This document shows positions 26,736 to 32,000 of a DNA stretch of 32,000 nucleotides, in pieces. This DNA comes from Candidatus Saccharimonadota bacterium (GTDB lineage Bacteria > Patescibacteriota > Saccharimonadia > Saccharimonadales > UBA4665), in contig CP064992.1 of NCBI GenBank assembly GCA_016699935.1, forward strand, positions 120,001 to 152,000, in the 5' to 3' direction. Position 1 is the stretch's first letter. Each line of letters starts with the position of its first letter. The notes beneath the pieces are model-generated. The model had not been told where the DNA came from and made no database searches. It saw only the letters and a list, made by a program, of their open reading frames with translations. Made by a program: the position numbers and the translations under genes.

Positions 26736-28188
26736 CGTTTGTAGCTAATCCTGCGGAAGGCTTATTTAAGGAATACTTGCTAGCTGGAATTTTAGCGAAT
26801 GATGCGTATTGATGTAGCAAAAAGTCATAAATGTTAACTGTGTCTTCCGGGGCTATTTTATCTTCAACAAGTTTACGTAGTTCTAGCATCGTATACCATC
26901 TAAGGTCTTGTGATTCTCCGTGTGCAATTGCTTTCATAGGTATGTCTGAAGCTACAAATCCATAGCATAAGTCTGAATGGAAATGATTGTTACCAACATT
27001 GTGAGTATTTACCAGGAAAGGATTTGGGTGCAAAATGGATTGACCTATGTTTGGAGTTTCTGAAGTATGCTGTAAAACCTTTAGCTGTGATAATTCGTAG
27101 CCGCTTTCGTCAGAAATTTCTTGCGCCATAGACTGCCAGGGTGTTTCATGTAGCTCAATATGGCCGCCTATTTGCATGAGCATATCGATTTTTTTATGCA
27201 TATGTACCAAACATTTCCATTCGCCTGCATCACGACGCACAATAAAAGCACTCGCCACCATATCATGCTGCCCAGGTTGTGTATGAATGTGCGGCATTAT
27301 GCCGACCTCCCCCAAAGCAATATAATAAATGCTCGCAAGTACAATGGCCGAACCGATAAATTTCTCCCAGGTGTAGTTTTCGCCTAGAAATATGACACCG
27401 GCCAGAGATGTTGAAATAACTTGACCATTATTCAAAACAACCGCGTGATTTGCGTTTATAAGATGTACCGAGACAGCAAATGTCTTCATAGTTAGCCAGT
27501 AGAACAAACCTGCCACAAGTGCCCACGGCAGTATTTGCACCATCAAATCGATGTTCCGAATTAAGAAAATACTTGCAACCAATGCCATTCCTCCTGATAA
27601 AACGAGTCGTACATTCGGAACGACAAAAGCGCCTTGCCTGTGCATTACTTCCCGTGCTAACGCATTTCCTAGCCCAAATAACAGTATGGAAGATAGTACT
27701 ATCAAGTCTCCGCTATTCAAATGAACTGTATTAAGCCCGACAATCCCCACATACAACCCAACGAACATGACAAGAAGCCACAAGCGCTGGCGCTTTGAAG
27801 GTGGTTCGCCAAGCAGAAGCCATGAAAAGAACATAGTCGTCACGATTGTCAGCGTACCAAGTAGCGCAACGTTGATGGATGTCGTATAGCGCTGTCCGAT
27901 TACCAGTAACCCCATTGCTAAGAAACTGATTGTTGCGAGCAGCCAAAACTTGCCAAAGTCACGTTTAGCATTTTCATACATTTTCCGATCCATGCGATGC
28001 ATCAAAGAAGCAAACCCAAATAATCCACCACATAGAGCAAATAAGAGAGCGTATTCGACTGCAGATGGATTATAAGCATTGTAGACATGCTTGTTCAAAA
28101 CAAAGTACGAAGTGAGGCACAATGCTGATACAGCTCCAGACACAATACCTTGAGCATGCGCTGACAAACCGAACCACTTATGTTTCAC
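26704..28188 (-). CDS. DMT/EamA-type transporter fused to a C-terminal Nudix domain
   Basis: 494-aa single ORF. About 295 aa form ~10 TM helices. Then comes MPHIHTQPG...GGHIELHETPWQSMAQEISDESGY (Nudix box with QE in place of RE). Confidence 0.6.
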   Translation of the reverse strand: MKHKWFGLSAHAQGIVSGAVSALCLTSYFVLNKHVYNAYNPSAVEYALLFALCGGLFGFASLMHRMDRKMYENAKRDFGKFWLLATISFLAMGLLVIGQRYTTSINVALLGTLTIVTTMFFSWLLLGEPPSKRQRLWLLVMFVGLYVGIVGLNTVHLNSGDLIVLSSILLFGLGNALAREVMHRQGAFVVPNVRLVLSGGMALVASIFLIRNIDLMVQILPWALVAGLFYWLTMKTFAVSVHLINANHAVVLNNGQVISTSLAGVIFLGENYTWEKFIGSAIVLASIYYIALGEVGIMPHIHTQPGQHDMVASAFIVRRDAGEWKCLVHMHKKIDMLMQIGGHIELHETPWQSMAQEISDESGYELSQLKVLQHTSETPNIGQSILHPNPFLVNTHNVGNNHFHSDLCYGFVASDIPMKAIAHGESQDLRWYTMLELRKLVEDKIAPEDTVNIYDFLLHQYASFAKIPASKYSLNKPSAGLATNDEKYKAMSIW

Positions 28189-28673
28189 TTACCAGCCTCA
28201 AGAATAGTGAATGCTTTACGAATTGCGGTTGTCTCAGGGTCAGTTTCACCCTTACTGGAATTATGTGTCTTTTCTAGTTCATCGGCCGCGAACCAGCCGA
28301 AGGTGCTGTGATCTTCTGGATTTGGGTGGATATGTTCGAGCGGGTCGGTGAACTGGGCAAAGTATATTACCTCGATGGAATGAGATTTTTTTACTTCGTT
28401 GATGTAGGTAAATACATCTACCACTTCGCCAATGTTTATTTGCACGCCAAACTCTTCCATGATTTCACGCGCCAATCCGGCTTTAATTTCTTCTCCGTAA
28501 TCGATATGCCCACCGGGGAGTTCCCAGACACCTGGCAAAAACTTTTTACCATCCGCCCGTTTCGCCAAAAACACCTTTTTCACCCCATTTTCTTCACGCC
28601 AAATAAATGCACAGGCAGTTAACACCTGCTGTCCTTCTGCCAACATCTCACTATCATGCTGTGTTTTATGCAT
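28185..28673 (-). CDS. Nudix hydrolase (MutT-like)
   Basis: Canonical Nudix box LPGGHIDYGEEIKAGLAREIMEEFGV. Confidence 0.85.
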   Translation of the reverse strand: MHKTQHDSEMLAEGQQVLTACAFIWREENGVKKVFLAKRADGKKFLPGVWELPGGHIDYGEEIKAGLAREIMEEFGVQINIGEVVDVFTYINEVKKSHSIEVIYFAQFTDPLEHIHPNPEDHSTFGWFAADELEKTHNSSKGETDPETTAIRKAFTILEAGK

Positions 28674-28835
28674 ATATCCAGTCTATCATTCTGTTACAAG
28701 AATATTTTCATAGCTCAACTTTTTAACAAGCATGTGTTTAAGTTGACATTTATGTGCATTTAGCACGGTATAGCGTAGGATTTGCCCGAGTTCGACATAA
28801 CTGTCGACCTCAGAAGTTGAGGGCTCGCCCTCCCC

Positions 28836-28868
28836 ACTTATTGGCTGGAATAAATCCAGCCAATAAGT
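28836..28868. repeat. 14-bp perfect palindrome in an otherwise unassigned 370-nt region
   Basis: acttattggctgga-ataaa-tccagccaataagt, flanked by C-rich tracts. The neighbouring hairpin is gaggg-ctcg-ccctc (28819-28832). Confidence 0.7.
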
Positions 28869-29051
28869 TCCCACCCCTAAAGGCGCTGCTCTCGCATCGC
28901 TGCTAACGACGAGTAGAGCCTTTGTAGAATGCTTATGTCGAATTGAGGTTAGCATTAAGCAATTCGAGTAGTATTCCGGCATCAACTCGCCATTTAGGAA
29001 CTAGCACTGGAGAACAAATCAGCGTTATGTTGAAAATAAAGAAAAACTTTA

Positions 29052-30087
29052 CTACTTTAAAGTGTGCTTTAAACGAACCAAGTAAAATACACCTGGTAAG
29101 GTCGAGATGCCTATCCAGACTATACTATCAGCATTTATAAACGTAGGGTTTCGATACTGAAAGAAGAACAAAGACATAAGGTACACAATCATAATAAAGG
29201 TTTCTTTGGGGAACATTTGATAATTCGAAAATCTTTGGACAGCAATGTCGCGTTGCGATTGGAGTTTTTTTGAACGTCCATAAAACAACCACACACCTAA
29301 CAAAAGCGCAATACTTGCTATGTACATTGTTGCGCTACCAAACAAAAGATATTTCATAAAGTATGTGAAACCGTCTTGGACTGATAAAGTGTCAGGTTGA
29401 TATAGATTTTGTAAATACTTTATATATTTGATTGCAAATATTAACACAACGAAGGCACTCCATAAACTCAAAATTATTCTTAGCCAACGGGGCAATCTAC
29501 GCATAATAAATGAACTGGCTGCAGAAACTATTACAATTACAAGCGAAAAAATCAGCCCGAACCAAGTTAGTGGATTAGCTCGCCCATCTATTATCGACAA
29601 ACTAAGAATGTAGACCACACCCATCGACTGGGCCAGAACCAGACCTTCAGAAACTCGAGTAACAAATGTAGTTGTTTTGGGTGCCAATGAAGCTACTGCT
29701 ATAGTGATAATGAAGACAGAAACAAACAACACTGGCCACCAGCGAAGTAAGTAATCCCGGGAACCCGAACTATCTGCAGATTGCATCAGTGAAAATGCTA
29801 GGCTAAGTGTCATAATAAAAGACAAGCATATAAGCCACTGGGTTAAGGCAAGATTACGGCATTGGCGTAAAAATTCGATCACACTTCCAATAAAAATGGG
29901 CAGAACGACAAATAGTAAAGCTTTTCGATTTGATTCAGTGTCATATATTGCTGTAAGAAAAAGCTACCGAGCAATAACCAAAGTAAACTATTGCGTAATC
30001 GCTGGAAAAATTTGTGTACTTTTTCTGACAAAATATAGCCTTTTGTAAATCACCAATGCCTTTATTTTCAGTTTGTTGCTTATTCAT
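29052..30087 (-). CDS. Multi-pass membrane protein (hypothetical), one frame interruption
   Basis: ORF 29052-29882 (276 aa, about 8 TM) plus the N-terminus MNKQQTENKGIGDLQKAIF from ATG 30087. Confidence 0.55.
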
Positions 30088-30089
30088 GA

Positions 30090-31003
30090 TTATGAGAAAT
30101 CGCTCGAATATTTTTTTTCAGATATATTTTTGAGACACTTGGCTGAGTGATATAACTTGGTGGGATCTTTGAGACAAGTTTCGCATATTAGGACGAGGTC
30201 ATTGCAGGCGGGGTTGGCGCAGTTTTCGTAGTTACTGGTTTTGCCGCCGCAGTGGATACACTCGCCGATGACTTTTGAGTGGTCACTAAAGTTCATGCCC
30301 ATTCGGCCGTCGAAAACATACAGCTGGCCTTCCCAAAGACCGTCATCGCCGTAAGCCTCACCGTATTTCACTATGCCACCGTCTATCTGATAGACGTCTT
30401 TGAAACCGCGCTGTTTCATCATGGCACTGAGCAGTTCGCAGCGGACGCCGCCAGTGCAGTAAGAAATCACCTTTTTGTCCTTTAGCTCGTCGTATTTGCC
30501 ACTTTCCAGTTCACGTTTAAAGTCTCGTGAAGTTCGTGTGTCTGGCACGACGGCGTTTTTGAAACGCCCAATTTTGGCTTCGTACTGGTTGCGGCCATCG
30601 AAAAACACGACGTCATCACCGTATTTTTCGACCATGGCGTTAACCTGCTCTGGTTTCAGGTGAGGTCCTGTACCTACAACTCCTTTTCATCGACTTCTAT
30701 TTCTTCCCATGTTTCAAAAGCTACTAGCTCTTTTTGACCTTGACCTGCATACGCGGAAAATTATCGCTTCCACCATCACTCCATTTCCATAGGATATCTT
30801 TGAATCCCGGATACTCTTTTGTTTTTTTCTACATATATTTTGAGATCCTCGATGTCCCCGCCCACTGTTCCATTGATACCCTGCTTACTCACAAGTATGC
30901 GACCATGCAAATTGAGCGAGTCACACAATGTTTTCTGCCAAAGCTTCAGCAGCTCAGGGTCTTTAACTGGGGTAAACTTGTAGTAGAGTAATATCTTTTC
31001 CAT
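30090..31003 (-). CDS. trhO: Rhodanese-domain tRNA uridine(34) hydroxylase (UPF0176/YceA family), frame-interrupted
   Basis: [17 protein letters not shown]...[14 protein letters not shown] (ORF 30776-31021). Rhodanese active site [11 protein letters not shown] and C-terminal Cys cluster CIHCGG...[16 protein letters not shown] (ORF 30090-30635). Confidence 0.8.
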
Positions 31004-31042
31004 CCACCCCATTATACCCAACCCTGAAGAAATGACAGCATG

Positions 31043-31088
31043 CTCCTATCTATGCTCAGGACAGTCCTTGAGCATAGATAGGAGTTTT
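31043..31088 (+). terminator. Orphan terminator-like long hairpin (19-20 bp) followed by tttt
   Basis: ctcctatctatgctcagga-cag-tccttgagcatagataggag, then tttt. No plus-strand gene lies upstream. Confidence 0.5.
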
Positions 31089-31120
31089 GCTGAATGGTAT
31101 TGCTATCGTACAATATGCTT

Positions 31121-31428
31121 ATGGCACATGACGATGATGCAGACGAGTTTCTCGGAATCACGTTTATTTCCACGGTGATAACCACTCAAAGACTCCTGTT
31201 TCGGAACAGTCTGATGAGACAAAACCTGCAAAAACGAAACAACATACGAAACGAACGCATGATGAGGCTGATGAAATCAAAGCGCTCCAGGAAGAAATTA
31301 TACGGCTAGAAAACACCCTGCAGATATACGAACTGGAAACTGAAGAACGATTAAAGCACCTCGAACGGCTGGCTGGCCATCCTCTTACCGCCGAAGAAAA
31401 GGTCTACCGCATACAGGAAAGTGCTTAG
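31121..31428 (+). CDS. Small charged/coiled-coil hypothetical protein, probable frame interruption
   Basis: MAHDDDADEF... start. A second frame gives ...SEQSDETKPAKTKQHTKRTHDEADEIKALQEEIIRLENTLQIYELETEERLKHLERLAGHPLTAEEKVYRIQESA, ending at TAG 31426-31428. Confidence 0.4.
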
Positions 31429-31746
31429 TTATCCCACCCGGGATCTCATTATTACTGATATACTTTTCGCTTCATTTTGTTATTGCATTCTATGAACAGG
31501 GGTGATATAGTTGTATGAATTACAAACGTAACGGAAAGGGCGCTAAATACATGATAGATACAGTTTTCGGCAGCAAAGAGAGCGCCATTTTCGTTGGCGT
31601 TTGAACTCTCAAGCTAAAAGAGGCACGTGATTAGGGTGGTAGCAAAGCGTAATCGCAAATCATAGTTCGCCGACCAAAGCTTTCGCACGAATGAAGATAG
31701 CTATACACTAGGTATAAGCATGGTCGACCAAAGGAGGGTCGAACCT

Positions 31747-32000
31747 ATGAAAAAAGCAAGAAAAAAACAAGATGACGGCATGAAGGTAGCAATACGCTAC
31801 TATCTTGGATGCGTCCAAAAATACCCACGTTATATATGGGGCGTAGTATTCGTTATGCCTTTAACATCTCTTTTTGGCCGCTACATTCCACCGCTCATTT
31901 TGGCCAATGTAATCAACCAGTTGACATCGAAACAAAAAATTGACGGTCTATGGGCAACTTTTGGAGATGAAGTATTACTTTACATCCTGGTACTGCTTAT
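31747..32000 (+). CDS. ABC transporter (permease/ATPase, MsbA-like) N-terminus, partial at the window edge
   Basis: ATG 31747 after the RBS aaggagg. MKKARKKQDDGMKVAIRYYLGCVQKYPRYIWGVVFVMPLTSLFGRYIPPLILANVI resembles the first TM segment of exporter-type ABC proteins. The ORF is open to the end of the window. Confidence 0.6.
   Translation, partial: MKKARKKQDDGMKVAIRYYLGCVQKYPRYIWGVVFVMPLTSLFGRYIPPLILANVINQLTSKQKIDGLWATFGDEVLLYILVLL

Noticed and set aside
28686-28985. 99-aa minus-strand ORF as a gene.
   Set aside because: It contains a 14-bp perfect palindrome, has no recognisable motif and no evident RBS. I left it uncalled and flagged the region instead.
30734-30991. 85-aa plus-strand ORF.
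   Set aside because: It is antisense to the well-supported trhO N-terminus.

Overview
This is a chromosomal window of about 45 genes from a small-genome bacterium. Gene content and protein motifs look Patescibacteria/Saccharibacteria-like, which is inference only. Recognisable genes are an OmpR-type response regulator and histidine kinase, a DHCR24-like FAD oxidoreductase, two tRNA-Arg genes, hsp20, folA/folC, three Nudix hydrolases and a zinc metallopeptidase. Also present are uvrC, an ECF sigma/anti-sigma pair, def, trhO, many DUF-type membrane or small proteins, and a partial ABC transporter at the 3' edge. The standout locus is 4.75-9.3 kb. tRNA-Arg(UCG) is followed by a ~4.4 kb segment bounded by ~115-nt direct repeats that each end in a copy of the tRNA 3' end. 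This segment carries a decayed serine-recombinase-like fragment and ~0.9 kb without credible ORFs. It also carries a promoter-driven, strongly structured RNA: a 19-position closing helix around a four-way junction. That RNA sits directly upstream of a compact operon of Ro60/TROVE-vWA (rsr), a ribbon-helix-helix protein, and RtcB. I read this as an integrated, now immobilised RNA-repair/RNA-quality-control island with a candidate Y-RNA-like partner. Other points are short palindromic hairpin modules in intergenic DNA that also sit in-frame inside uvrC, and a 113-nt duplication of the kinase 3' end bracketing the oxidoreductase. There is also a CIRCE-like operator at hsp20, a DMT-Nudix fusion ORF and several orphan hairpins or sRNA candidates. 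About 17 genes are frame-interrupted. Every junction I resolved falls in a short mononucleotide run of 2-7 nt, so assembly error must be excluded before calling pseudogenes. No CRISPR array was seen.
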